From assembly GCA_043813915.1 (NCBI GenBank), contig JBDRKO010000009.1, positions 1 through 56,744 of the forward strand: a stretch of 56,744 nucleotides of DNA. The letters run 5' to 3'. The position numbers were made by a program, and so were the translations under genes. Of the stretch, positions 20,847 to 32,309 are shown piece by piece. The notes beneath the pieces were generated by a model. It was given only the letters and a program-made list of their open reading frames with translations, was not told the origin of the DNA and did no database searches. Within the stretch, counting starts at the first letter, position 1. Each line of letters begins with the position of its first letter. This DNA is from Candidatus Omnitrophota bacterium (lineage in GTDB: Bacteria; Omnitrophota; Gorgyraeia; Tantalellales; Tantalellaceae).

Positions 20847-21659
20847 TTAAAATGTTTTAACATAGAAATAAAAGACCGGAGCGGTAAACAAAAGACTGTC
20901 TATCAGGTCCAGAACGCCGCCTATACCGGCAAGGTAAGCTCCGGAATCCTTCACCTTGCAGTCCCGCTTGATCAGGCTTTCCGCCAGATCTCCCACTTGC
21001 CCCAATGTTGACATTATCAATCCTATCATCAAAAGATGCATTGTTGAGAACTCTGTAAGCATTTTCCCGGCGAACAATGCCACAAAAAGACTGACCACTA
21101 TACCGCCCAAAGTCCCCTCTTTGGTCTTTTTTGGGCTTATCCGGGGCAAAAGTTCCGTCCTACCGAACAGGCTTCCGACAACATATGCTCCCATATCCGT
21201 GCTTTTTGTCACGATAATAAGGAACGCTACTAGGTTAGCGCCGTTCTCAAGAGCTCTCAGTTTTACAAAGAACGAAAAGAACCAGGCAATATAGAAAAGC
21301 GAAAATAAAGTTAGGGCCATGCTGACAAGATGATCCCCGGCGTTATCCTTCCTGGTGAACTGCAATGTGAACGCGAGAAGGCTTGCTACTACTATAAGTA
21401 TAGGTTCGAGATTTTTGAGTTCGGGAAACATACCTCCCATGAATATAACTATAGGGATGAGAGCTCCTACTACCGTACCGAAATATTTATATACGAAAAT
21501 ACCCCTGTTCTCGACAAGTTTAAAGAACTCGAATTGCCCGATCGCCACAAAAAGAGCGATGACCAGACAGAACATCCATCGCGGGAAGATATAAACTATC
21601 ACCCATACCGAAAAAAGCAGTACTATGCTTACCAAGGCCCTTTTTATGAATTTATTCAC
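20847..21659 (-). CDS. cdsA: Phosphatidate cytidylyltransferase
   Basis: Multi-TM, ISPKKTKEG, GDLAESLIKRDCKVKDSG...GGVLDLIDS. GTG start overlaps the uppS end. Confidence 0.95.
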   Translation of the reverse strand: MNKFIKRALVSIVLLFSVWVIVYIFPRWMFCLVIALFVAIGQFEFFKLVENRGIFVYKYFGTVVGALIPIVIFMGGMFPELKNLEPILIVVASLLAFTLQFTRKDNAGDHLVSMALTLFSLFYIAWFFSFFVKLRALENGANLVAFLIIVTKSTDMGAYVVGSLFGRTELLPRISPKKTKEGTLGGIVVSLFVALFAGKMLTEFSTMHLLMIGLIMSTLGQVGDLAESLIKRDCKVKDSGAYLAGIGGVLDLIDSLLFTAPVFYFYVKTF

Positions 21660-22347
21660 CGAATCTCCTGTTACGGCCGCGGTATTGCGCCACGGCTTCT
21701 TCCAGTTCCTTTTTCCCGAAATCCGGCCACAACGTATCAGTAACATACAATTCCGAATAAGCGGCCTGCCACAACAAAAAATTGCTTAACCGCATTTCCC
21801 CGCTTGTACGTATGATGAGATCCGGATCCGGGATATCCGCGGTATATAGGAACTTATTGAAAAAGATCTCGTCCAGACCGGATATATCGAACGCCTTTTC
21901 TTTGTTCAATGAACATATATGCTTAACAGCGTCTATTATTTCCTGTCTTCCGCCGTAATTTACCGCCAAGTTCAGCCTTATACCGGTATTATTCTCGGAC
22001 GCTTTTGTTATTTTATCTATCTCCGAAAGCAGACCCTCGGGCAAACCGTCACGCCTGCCGATGACCTTGAACACTATATTATCCGAAACAATACGCGTAC
22101 TGTTCTTTTTTAATGACTTTTCAAAAAGATCCATCAGCGCATCGACCTCGGAGGCCGGTCTTTTCCAGTTTTCGGATGAGAACGTATACAGGGTAAGGAC
22201 TTCTACTCCCAGATCAGCGGCGTCTTTTATTATTTTTGCGGCTGTCTCAGACCCTCTGCGATGTCCCTCTATCCTGGGGAGCCTTTTCTTCTTGGCCCAC
22301 CTGCCGTTCCCGTCCATTATGATCGCTATGTGCCGCGGAGTTATCAT
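21652..22347 (-). CDS. uppS: Isoprenyl transferase (undecaprenyl diphosphate synthase)
   Basis: HIAIIMDGNGRWA, FSSENWKRP, IRTSGEMRLSNFLLWQ. Confidence 0.97.
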   Translation of the reverse strand: MITPRHIAIIMDGNGRWAKKKRLPRIEGHRRGSETAAKIIKDAADLGVEVLTLYTFSSENWKRPASEVDALMDLFEKSLKKNSTRIVSDNIVFKVIGRRDGLPEGLLSEIDKITKASENNTGIRLNLAVNYGGRQEIIDAVKHICSLNKEKAFDISGLDEIFFNKFLYTADIPDPDLIIRTSGEMRLSNFLLWQAAYSELYVTDTLWPDFGKKELEEAVAQYRGRNRRFGE

Positions 22348-22362
22348 ACCTTTCGCCCTTAT

Positions 22363-22406
22363 AAACAGAAAGTAGAGAGTCTGTATCTGCTCTCTACTTT
22401 CTGTTT
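22363..22406. terminator. Perfect 17-bp inverted repeat, probable terminator
   Basis: AAACAGAAAGTAGAGAG-10 nt-CTCTCTACTTTCTGTTT downstream of the OmpA/MotB gene. Confidence 0.65.
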
Positions 22407-22437
22407 AAATGCCTTTATTCCTTTGTTCTCTGAGATG

Positions 22438-23115
22438 TTATTTAATATTATCCGCTTCTCCCTCTTCTTCGGAAAGCCCTTCCCTTTTTTCCTGGAACTC
22501 CGGCAGAATGACTATTTCCACACGCCTATTCTTTGCTCGGCCCTCTTCCGTTCCGTTCGTCTCTCTCGGTCGGTGTTCTCCGTACCCGGTAGCTGACAGT
22601 TTCTCAGGAAGGACACCTCTCTCTACCAGAGCATGCAGGACATTGGTCGCTCTAGCCGTAGAAAGTTCCCAATTTGTTTTCCAGCTCGAATGCGTTATCG
22701 GGACATTATCGGTATGCCCGCTCACTCCTACGTCCTTATCAGATACCTTTTTCTTTATTATCTGCGCCACTTTGGTTAGCACTCCATCCGCGTCCTCCTT
22801 GACCTCTGCCTTTCCCGAATCGAACAGGACGTTGTCTGAAAGAACTATCACCAGCCCGCGCTCATCCATTTCCAGAGATATGCTTTCATCGTCTATCTCC
22901 GTCTTGAGCTTTTTCTCGAGCATTTCCTTTGTTTCCTCGAATTTTTTACGCTCAAGTTCCTGCTGTTTTTTAAGTTCGGAGATCTCCGCGCTAAGTTCCT
23001 CTATCTTCTTTTTGCTGCGCGGACTCTGTTTATAGAAATTCACCGCGCACCCGGTAACCATAAAACTTAGAACTACGATCATAACGAACATCATAGAATA
23101 AAACCTATTCCGCAT
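22438..23115 (-). CDS. OmpA/MotB-family peptidoglycan-binding lipoprotein
   Basis: Lipobox-like VTGC, coiled coil, LFDSGKA, GHTDNVPI, NWELSTARA, NRRVEIVI. Start at MRNRF behind GGAGG. Confidence 0.85.
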   Translation of the reverse strand: MRNRFYSMMFVMIVVLSFMVTGCAVNFYKQSPRSKKKIEELSAEISELKKQQELERKKFEETKEMLEKKLKTEIDDESISLEMDERGLVIVLSDNVLFDSGKAEVKEDADGVLTKVAQIIKKKVSDKDVGVSGHTDNVPITHSSWKTNWELSTARATNVLHALVERGVLPEKLSATGYGEHRPRETNGTEEGRAKNRRVEIVILPEFQEKREGLSEEEGEADNIK

Positions 23116-23297
23116 GACGCCCTCCTTTAATGAGCACATAACTTATACGCTGTGTCCGCCGTAGCCTAGGCAAAGACGAAACCGTTAGGAAGTATAAGTT
23201 ATAAGTGCGAATCAAACCCGCCGTAGCCAGATAATATCCAAATAGTTCGGCGAAGGCCGGGTTATAAGACTTCGTCCTTTATTTATGTATGAATCTC

Positions 23298-23326
23298 ACT
23301 ATAACACCAACTTAATATCAAGTCAA
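23298..23326 (-). promoter_or_regulatory. Sigma70-like promoter whose -35 box overlaps the end of module H
   Basis: TTGACT-17 nt-TATAGT. Confidence 0.6.
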
Positions 23327-23433
23327 TTCACATATACCCCGGCCTGAAGGCCGGGGTTTGTCTACAATTGATCCTGAGCCCCGCCTTTTTTCCCGCGCTG
23401 AAGCAAGGGGCCCAGGCGGGGTGAATGGGTCAA
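23322..23433 (+). repeat. Module H copy 2
   Basis: GTCAATTCAC...CCCCGGCCTGAAGGCCGGGG...CAATTGATCCTGAGCCCCG...CCCGCGCTGAAGCAAGGGG...GAATGGGTCAA. Confidence 0.7.
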
Positions 23434-23454
23434 GAAACGCTCCGAAAGAGCGTA

Positions 23455-25213
<1,759 letters not shown>

Positions 25214-25226
25214 GGTCCTTCACCTG

Positions 25227-26474
25227 TCATGGGGTCATGGTAAATATTTTCTTGGCTATATCGGGATACTTCGCTATGAACAATAGCTCGTCCTTGACCA
25301 AGGGCTTCTGAGTATGCACATTGGCATATCTTACCAATTCCAATATCTTGGTGGCCTCTTTGTCATCCTTGAACTTTACCTCAAGCTTACTGTATACGTT
25401 ACGGAACCCTTTTATCCCGCTGTACTCGCCCGCGGTGATATTTCTTCCGGTCTCTATGATCTCGGGTTCCCCTCTGCCCAGTTCCTCATAATCGTATAAT
25501 TCATAATTCCGTCTGTCCTTTAACGCCCCGTCCGCGTGTATCCCGGACTCATGAGCGAAAGCGTTATCTCCCACGCCTACCTGGTTGATCGGGATAGGCA
25601 CCCCAAAGGCGTATGAAGCGTATTTAGCTAAACGCCAGGCCATTTTAAGGTTTATCTTCGGGTCAAGCTTGTATTTTTTATTGCCGGCGAATCCGCTGGA
25701 ATATTTGAGCGCTAAGATACAGCTCACAAGATCCGCGTTACCAGCGCGTTCTCCCATACCGTTTATCGTAGTGTTTATATAGGCGTCCACACCGCTGTCT
25801 ATGGCCGCTTTTGCTCCGGCAACACTGACAGCTACCACCATACCCAGGTCATTATGGCAATGCAGTTCTATGGGTACCTTTACTTTCTCGGCCAATTCGG
25901 CGACGCGGTCGTATATAGTGAACGGATCGTCGTATCCAAGAGTATCGCAATACCTTATCCTTTCGGCCCCGGCGGCCTTTGCCGCTTGAGCGAACTCTAC
26001 CAGATACCCGATATCTGTCCTCGACGCGTCTTCCGCGTTCACCCCGATAGCTTTTATCCCGCATTTTTTAGCCAATTTTACCGCGCTCACGGCTGAATTT
26101 AGAACATCTGCACGAGACATTTTGCCCGAGAATTTATTCTGTATCATCTGGTCGGAAGTGGAGATCGACAGATTTAGATACTTCACCGATGTATTGTCGG
26201 TAGCTTTTTTAACATCCGCTTCTATAGCCCTTATCCACCCTGAAAGACGCATAGGATATATCTCTTTGCGGTCCGCAAGCTCCAAATTGGCGTTTATATA
26301 GTTCAATTCGTGCGATGTGAACGGAAAGCCGAATTCCGACTGAAAAACTCCCATTTTGTTAAGATATATATTCACGATGGTCTTTTGCAGTTTAGCCAGA
26401 CCCAGTCTTGAGGTCTGAACACCGTCACGGTTAGTAACGTCTATTATCCTTATAACATTTTTCTTTTTTTCCAT
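25227..26474 (-). CDS. DRE-TIM metallolyase, homocitrate synthase/Re-citrate synthase-like
   Basis: DVTNRDGVQ, HCHNDLGM, GMGERAGNA, AHESGIHADG; no LeuA regulatory domain. Confidence 0.85.
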   Translation of the reverse strand: MEKKKNVIRIIDVTNRDGVQTSRLGLAKLQKTIVNIYLNKMGVFQSEFGFPFTSHELNYINANLELADRKEIYPMRLSGWIRAIEADVKKATDNTSVKYLNLSISTSDQMIQNKFSGKMSRADVLNSAVSAVKLAKKCGIKAIGVNAEDASRTDIGYLVEFAQAAKAAGAERIRYCDTLGYDDPFTIYDRVAELAEKVKVPIELHCHNDLGMVVAVSVAGAKAAIDSGVDAYINTTINGMGERAGNADLVSCILALKYSSGFAGNKKYKLDPKINLKMAWRLAKYASYAFGVPIPINQVGVGDNAFAHESGIHADGALKDRRNYELYDYEELGRGEPEIIETGRNITAGEYSGIKGFRNVYSKLEVKFKDDKEATKILELVRYANVHTQKPLVKDELLFIAKYPDIAKKIFTMTP

Positions 26475-26514
26475 GATATTCCCCGTTTGTATTGAAGCTC
26501 GCAAAGCGCGCGGG

Positions 26515-28110
26515 CTATATGGTCACTCGGACCTGTTTAACATCAAGTATATCTTTTTCTTTTTTCAGTTTTTTTATGACTTCTTCCGGGATACGGCTAT
26601 CCGCGTTGAGAAGGCTTATGGCCTTACCTGTCTTTTTATCCCTCCCGAAACTCATCTCGGCAATGTTTATCCCGTGTTTCCCCAGCTGTGTCCCGAGTTT
26701 CCCCACAACACCGGGAACATCGTTATTGGAGACCACAAGCATATATCCGTCGGGTATAGCCTCTACATAGAACTTGTCCATCTTCACTATACGCGGTTCT
26801 TTATTGGCAAAGAGCGTCCCCATGATGAAATGTTTTTTCTTGCCGGTATCGAATTCAACGCTTATGAGATTCGCGAAATCCGTTATATCAGATGTCTTTT
26901 TTTCGGTTATTTTTATGCCTCTTTCCTTGGCGACAAGCAGCGCGTTAACGTAGTTGACCTCTTCTTCCAATATGGGGTTGAATATCCCCTTTATCAGCGC
27001 GCGTGTCACAACCGCCGTATCCAGTGCCGCTATTTCACCTATATATTTCACGGTTATTCCCCTGATAGGCTCATCGATAAGCTGCGTCTGTATGGACCCC
27101 AGCCTTTCCGCCAGATTCACATAAGGCCTTATGTGCTCAAGAGCTTCCTCGCCCATCGACGGAATGTTAGCGGCATTACGAAAACCTTTTCCCAAAAGCG
27201 CGTCCGATACGGCTTTCGCCATATCGATAGCCACGTTCACCTGGGCTTCGTTCGTAGAAGCCCCGAGATGCGGAGTCGTTATGACCTTCTCCATACCCGC
27301 TACGGGACTATCTATCGGAGGTTTGGCCTTGGTCTCAAATACATCCAAAGCCGCCCCGGCGACCTTACCCGAATTAATACCTTTGGCCAATGCCTTCTCA
27401 TCTATTATCCCGCCTCTTGCGGCATTTATGATCCTCACTCCTTTTTTCATCTTATTGAACGCTTTTTCGTCCAAAAGATGCGTCGTCTCTTTGGTCAGCG
27501 GCGTGTGTATGGTAATGAAATCTGAATTCCTCAATAAAGTGTCCATGTCTACCGGTTCGACGCTCAGAGTTTTTGCTTTGTCTTCCGAAAGGAAAGGATC
27601 GAACGCCATTATTTTCATTCCGAAACTGGAAGCCCTTTTAGCGAATTCCGTCCCGATACGCCCCATTCCTATAACACCCAGAGTTTTACCGTAGAGTTCG
27701 ACTCCCATGAACTTTTTTCTGTCCCATTTTCCGGATTTTACCGATTGATCCGCCTGCGGTATGTTCCTGGACAAAGACAGCATAAGGCTGAACGCGTGTT
27801 CCGCGGTAGAAATAGTGTTGCCGCCGGGCGCGTTCATGACCACTATACCTTTCTTGGACGCCGCCGCGACATCCACATTATCAAGCCCCACTCCCGCTCT
27901 CCCTATTACCTTGAGCTTATCCGAAGCTTCTATTATTCTTTTGGTAACGGTGGTGCCGCTCCTTATCACTATGGCGTCGTATCCCTTTATTTTCTTGACC
28001 AATTCACTCTCGGATAGTTTAAATACTTCATCGACCTTGATTTTGTTGTCTTTGAATATCTGTACGCCCTCCTGCGACAACGGATCACTGATAAGAACTT
28101 TTATAGTCAT
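26515..28110 (-). CDS. serA: D-3-phosphoglycerate dehydrogenase
   Basis: GRAGVGLDNVD, GMGRIG, TPHLGAST, ASB and ACT domains. Confidence 0.96.
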   Translation of the reverse strand: MTIKVLISDPLSQEGVQIFKDNKIKVDEVFKLSESELVKKIKGYDAIVIRSGTTVTKRIIEASDKLKVIGRAGVGLDNVDVAAASKKGIVVMNAPGGNTISTAEHAFSLMLSLSRNIPQADQSVKSGKWDRKKFMGVELYGKTLGVIGMGRIGTEFAKRASSFGMKIMAFDPFLSEDKAKTLSVEPVDMDTLLRNSDFITIHTPLTKETTHLLDEKAFNKMKKGVRIINAARGGIIDEKALAKGINSGKVAGAALDVFETKAKPPIDSPVAGMEKVITTPHLGASTNEAQVNVAIDMAKAVSDALLGKGFRNAANIPSMGEEALEHIRPYVNLAERLGSIQTQLIDEPIRGITVKYIGEIAALDTAVVTRALIKGIFNPILEEEVNYVNALLVAKERGIKITEKKTSDITDFANLISVEFDTGKKKHFIMGTLFANKEPRIVKMDKFYVEAIPDGYMLVVSNNDVPGVVGKLGTQLGKHGINIAEMSFGRDKKTGKAISLLNADSRIPEEVIKKLKKEKDILDVKQVRVTI

Positions 28111-28134
28111 ACTTCTCCCTTTGATCTTGAATGA

Positions 28135-29265
28135 TCATTTAAGCAGAGACTGCGCTTCAGCCGCCCCTTTTCCCATTTTTATATCATACCCCAACTGACT
28201 AAGAACGATCTCGACGGCGGATATGGCCGTTATAACGTCATATCCGTCCATATACCCAAGATGCGCTACACGGAAGATCTTGCCTTTAAGATGCCCCTGA
28301 CCGCCGGCTATGGTTATTCCTTGTTCATCCCTCATTTTTTTCACAAGCGCGCTGCCGTCGATACCCTCAGGGACCTTAACCGCGGTCACGGCGTTCGAAG
28401 GTCTTTCCGAGAAAGGTTCAAGCCCCATAGCTTTCACCGCTTTGCGTGTTACATCGGCAAGTTTCGCGTGACGCGCCAGCACGTTTTCCAATCCTTCTTC
28501 GAGTATCATATCAAGAACGGTATCCAGGCCCATTATCAGCGACACCGCGGGCGTCCACGGAGTATCGTCTTTGAGGTTCGATTTTTTCGCCGCTTTAAGG
28601 CTAAAATAAAATTTCGGAAGACCGGACTTTTCCGATAATTTGTCGGCCTTAGCGCTTACACTCAGAAAACTCAATCCGGGAGGCAGCATGAACCCCTTCT
28701 GGGAACCTGAAACCACTACATCCACTCCCCAATCGTCAGGCCGGAATTCATCCGCCAACAGACCGCTTATGGCGTCTACTACCAGGATCGCGTCGGTCTT
28801 TGAAACGACCTGCCCTATTTTCTTTATATCGTTGTTTATTCCCGTAGATGTCTCGCATAGTGTGGCGTAAACAGCCTTAACATCAGGGTTCTCCTTCAGG
28901 AGCTTTTCTATGTTCGCCGGGTCCGCCGGGGTTCCCCAAACTACGCTATACTCTACTACATTAACCCCGTAGGCTGCGCATATTTCCCCGAAACGCTCTC
29001 CGAACTTTCCGCCGTTGACCACAAGTACTTTGTCCCCCTTAGAAAGAAAGTTCACAACAGAGGCTTCCATAGCCCCGGTCCCGCTCGAAGCGAATATAAG
29101 CACAGGGTTCTTTGTGCACAGGACCTCCTTTAATTTTACGTTCACATCCTTCAGCACTTTTTGGAACTGCGGGGTTCTGTGATGTATCATCGTGTCCGCC
29201 ATCCTCAACAGGACCTTCTCCGGTACGGGTGTCGGGCCCGGAGCCATTAATCTGTATTTTCTCAT
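28135..29265 (-). CDS. Class V PLP aminotransferase (alanine-glyoxylate/serine-pyruvate type; may act as SerC next to serA)
   Basis: PGPTPVP, SSGTGAMEA, ETSTG, VDAIS, SQKG (PLP lysine). Confidence 0.88.
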   Translation of the reverse strand: MRKYRLMAPGPTPVPEKVLLRMADTMIHHRTPQFQKVLKDVNVKLKEVLCTKNPVLIFASSGTGAMEASVVNFLSKGDKVLVVNGGKFGERFGEICAAYGVNVVEYSVVWGTPADPANIEKLLKENPDVKAVYATLCETSTGINNDIKKIGQVVSKTDAILVVDAISGLLADEFRPDDWGVDVVVSGSQKGFMLPPGLSFLSVSAKADKLSEKSGLPKFYFSLKAAKKSNLKDDTPWTPAVSLIMGLDTVLDMILEEGLENVLARHAKLADVTRKAVKAMGLEPFSERPSNAVTAVKVPEGIDGSALVKKMRDEQGITIAGGQGHLKGKIFRVAHLGYMDGYDVITAISAVEIVLSQLGYDIKMGKGAAEAQSLLK

Positions 29266-29309
29266 GTTTTTTCCTTTCGCTTTCTCTTTACTCGATCTGC
29301 TCCATATGC

Positions 29310-29897
29310 TCATTTTTTTATCGAATTCACCACATGGTCAACAAGCCCGTATTCTTTAGCTTCTTCCGCGCTCATAAAATAGTCCCTGTCGGTATCGGCC
29401 TGTACCTTCTCTTTGGTCTGTCCCGTGTGTTTGACTAGAATATTCTCAAGCTGTTCCTTCATTCTCAATATCTCTTTGGCCTGAATGTGTATATCCGAAG
29501 CCGCTCCCTGCGTCCCTCCCCACGGCTGGTGCACCATTATTCTGGAATACGGCAGGGCATATCTTTTCCCTTTTGTCCCCGCGGAAAGAAGCACAGCACC
29601 CATGCTGGATGCCTGACCCATACAATATGTGGTCACATCCGGCTTAACGAATTGCATGGTATCGTATATGGACAATCCGCTCGTAACGCTGCCTCCGGGA
29701 GTATTGATGTATATGCTGATATCCTTTTCGGGATCTTCCATCTGCAGATATAAAAGCTCCGCGACGACAATATTCGCTACGTTATCGTCTATGGGAGAAC
29801 CTATAAAAATGACCCTGTCCTTCAAAAGCCGGGAATATATGTCGTATGCCCGTTCAAGTCTTCCTTCCTTTTCTATGACCATCGGTATTATGCTCAT
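29310..29897 (-). CDS. clpP: ATP-dependent Clp protease proteolytic subunit
   Basis: [30 protein letters not shown]. Confidence 0.97.
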   Translation of the reverse strand: MSIIPMVIEKEGRLERAYDIYSRLLKDRVIFIGSPIDDNVANIVVAELLYLQMEDPEKDISIYINTPGGSVTSGLSIYDTMQFVKPDVTTYCMGQASSMGAVLLSAGTKGKRYALPYSRIMVHQPWGGTQGAASDIHIQAKEILRMKEQLENILVKHTGQTKEKVQADTDRDYFMSAEEAKEYGLVDHVVNSIKK

Positions 29898-29946
29898 TTA
29901 CGCCCCCTTTTTCCATACTAAAACATTTTTATATAACGATACCGGT

Positions 29947-31218
29947 CTATTTTTCCTGCACAATAGCTTCCTCCGCCAGGAATTCCAGTGTTTTTTCCTC
30001 TTTCAGCTGTTCCCTGAGCCCTCCGATAAGATCGTGCTCCTCGTAATATTTTTTAGTTTCTTCAAATCCCTGATTGTAGGAATCCGCCAGCCGCTTTATC
30101 CATTCGTCTATCTCTTTACCCTCCACATCTATCTTTTCCTGTTTAGCTATCTCATCCAGAATAAAGTAGACCCGCACCTTATCCTCGGCCTCCTTGCGCA
30201 ATTTGCCGGCGAATTCATCTTTATGAAGATCTACGTCTTTTTTGACCATCCCCTTACGGAGCAACTCATGCTCCGCTTTTTCCATGAATACCTTAAATTG
30301 GCGCTCCACCATGGTTTTCGGCAGATCGAACTTGTGTTTTGAAATAAGCTGTTCGATTATCTGGTTTTTGACCTTTATTCTTTCGTTCGCTTCTTTCTTT
30401 GCCATTAGCTGAGCGGCTATCTCTTCTTTCACGCTTTTAATATCTTCTTTTCCGAGTTTTTTGGCGAACTTCTCATCCAGTTCCGGAACTTTCCTTTCTT
30501 TTACCTCTTTAAGCTTTATGCTGAATACCGCTTTTTTCCCGGCATACTTCTTATCGGGATAGTTCTCCGGAAGCTCTGCCTCTATCTCCTTTTCAGCTGG
30601 CGGGTTGAGACCGCAAAGACTCTCTCCCATCCCAAGCATAGAAGCTTCTTTATCGGCTTCTATCCACATATTTTCTCTCTTTTTGGCTATCACCTTACCA
30701 TCCATCAACGTTTCAACATCACAGATACCGAAATCGCCTTTTTTGACCGGTCTTTCAACTGTAGTAAATTCCGCGTGTATCCCGGCTATATGCTCAAGGG
30801 CCTCTTTTGTTTCTTTATCGGAAACCTTGACTTTTTCTCTCTCGGCCTTAAGACCCTTATATTTCCGCAGATTTACTTCAGGATATGTGTCCACTTTAGC
30901 CGTGAAGACCATATCTCCGTGCGGATCTATTTCTATAGGCGAGATCTCGGGATAGCTCAGAGGATCCAGCGCATTATCCTCCAAGGCTTTCTGATATGCC
31001 TCCGGAACAAGCCGCTGTTTCACTTCTTCCATCACGTCTCCGGCGTATTTTTTTTCGATAAGATCGATAGGGGCCTTACCTTCCCTGAACCCGGGTATTT
31101 TAGCCGTTTTTCTTACGTTTTCCAAATGCTTTTTAAAAGCGTCTTCCACGTTCTTTTTGGGTAGACTGACATCGATCTGTACGGCCGTACCGTCTAATCT
31201 CTTGATCTTGCTTTTCAT
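29947..31218 (-). CDS. tig: Trigger factor
   Basis: IPGFREGKAP ribosome-binding motif, FKBP domain, tig-clpP synteny. Confidence 0.93.
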   Translation of the reverse strand: MKSKIKRLDGTAVQIDVSLPKKNVEDAFKKHLENVRKTAKIPGFREGKAPIDLIEKKYAGDVMEEVKQRLVPEAYQKALEDNALDPLSYPEISPIEIDPHGDMVFTAKVDTYPEVNLRKYKGLKAEREKVKVSDKETKEALEHIAGIHAEFTTVERPVKKGDFGICDVETLMDGKVIAKKRENMWIEADKEASMLGMGESLCGLNPPAEKEIEAELPENYPDKKYAGKKAVFSIKLKEVKERKVPELDEKFAKKLGKEDIKSVKEEIAAQLMAKKEANERIKVKNQIIEQLISKHKFDLPKTMVERQFKVFMEKAEHELLRKGMVKKDVDLHKDEFAGKLRKEAEDKVRVYFILDEIAKQEKIDVEGKEIDEWIKRLADSYNQGFEETKKYYEEHDLIGGLREQLKEEKTLEFLAEEAIVQEK

Positions 31219-31327
31219 CAAATACCGCAACCTTTCTTTATGTTAGACCGGGGCCTTGCTCTCCCGGTCAACCATGGCCCTGATAGGCTCTACGCCTGAT
31301 ACAGCTCGCCACAGATACGTTATTATT

Positions 31328-31876
31328 CTAGAAATTGGGTTCTATTACGCCGTAATTACCGTCACTTTTTTTATACAGGACATTCGCTTTGCCCGTGTCG
31401 GAATTTTTGAACATGATAAACTGTTTATCCGTAAGATCTATCTCCAACTGCGCCTCGTAAGGAAGCATGGGTTTTTCCGCGAAAAGGTTGGTCTTGATTA
31501 TTATGCCCGGAGATGCTTTTTCCTCAATATCTTCCCTCTTGTTGAAGAAGTATACGGGGGTCATTACCCTGCTAAGCACGGCTTTCCGTCTTCTTGAATG
31601 TACTCTGCCTCTAAGCTTGCGGAGTTGTTTTTTAATACTCTCTGCGGCATTGTCAATAGACGCGTACATATCGGTCGAGCTTTCTTTGGCTACGACCCTG
31701 TTCCTTTTCAGATGCAGTACGATCTCGGCTATTTTCCTTGTCTTTTCTTCTCCTAGAATAACCTCGCATCTGAATATTCGCGCGTAAAGACGTTCTAACT
31801 TCTCCATTTTTTTGTTCATATAAGCTTTCAAAGCCCCGTCAATATCCAGATTCCTGCCCGTTATCGTTATTTGCAT
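31328..31876 (-). CDS. hpf: Ribosome hibernation promoting factor (long HPF)
   Basis: MQITITGRN, DMYASID, C-terminal KPM...NVLYKKSDGNYGVIEP. Confidence 0.93.
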   Translation of the reverse strand: MQITITGRNLDIDGALKAYMNKKMEKLERLYARIFRCEVILGEEKTRKIAEIVLHLKRNRVVAKESSTDMYASIDNAAESIKKQLRKLRGRVHSRRRKAVLSRVMTPVYFFNKREDIEEKASPGIIIKTNLFAEKPMLPYEAQLEIDLTDKQFIMFKNSDTGKANVLYKKSDGNYGVIEPNF

Positions 31877-31945
31877 GCCTGTTCCTTTCCTGTTTAAGTT
31901 ACCGTATGCCCAACCCTCCGAAAAATACCGAAATAGAAGTATATC

Positions 31946-31974
31946 AATATACCATTATGCCCGGGCTTTTTCAA
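31946..31974 (-). promoter_or_regulatory. Sigma70-like promoter for hpf-tig-clpP
   Basis: TTGAAA-17 nt-TATATT with a TG extension. Confidence 0.55.
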
Positions 31975-31982
31975 CTCTTTTG

Positions 31983-32016
31983 CCCCGTGTTTAGATTTCG
32001 AAGAGATCTGCGGGGG
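31983..32016 (+). repeat. Module D hairpin, copy 2
   Basis: CCCCGTGTTTAGATTTCGAAGAGATCTGCGGGGG. Confidence 0.7.
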
Positions 32017-32050
32017 ACCTAGAGACCGAATTCGTGACTCGTGACCCGTG

Positions 32051-32101
32051 ATTCCAAAACATCACATTGTAGGGGCACGGCATGCCGTGCCCCTACGTCT
32101 A
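32051..32101. repeat. Module E: GTAG-type REP palindrome with ATTCCAAAACATCACATT leader
   Basis: GTAGGGGCACGGCATGCCGTGCCCCTAC (32069-32096); other copies at 35494, 46211, 46257 and 49882. Confidence 0.9.
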
Positions 32102-32309
32102 TCTATTTTCGGGCGGTTCACGAACCGCAACCGTCAAAACGGGGACGTTTTGCCCACCTCGGACATTACGTCACTTCGGCCGGGAGGCCTCAGCACTTCC
32201 TCGGACATTACGTCCTCGGTGCCTCGGCGCCTCGCTTGGCTCGGATTCGCTCTGGATAAATTCGACCAGACAACTTGCGTTCACTTCGTTCCGCAAGTTG
32301 TGGTCTCAT

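Noticed and set aside
23140-23270. 6S RNA
   Set aside because: No long closing stem with a central bubble of the expected size, and no supporting synteny.
31240-31325. tRNA upstream of tig
   Set aside because: Two hairpins are present, but there is no cloverleaf, TTCGA T-loop or acceptor stem.
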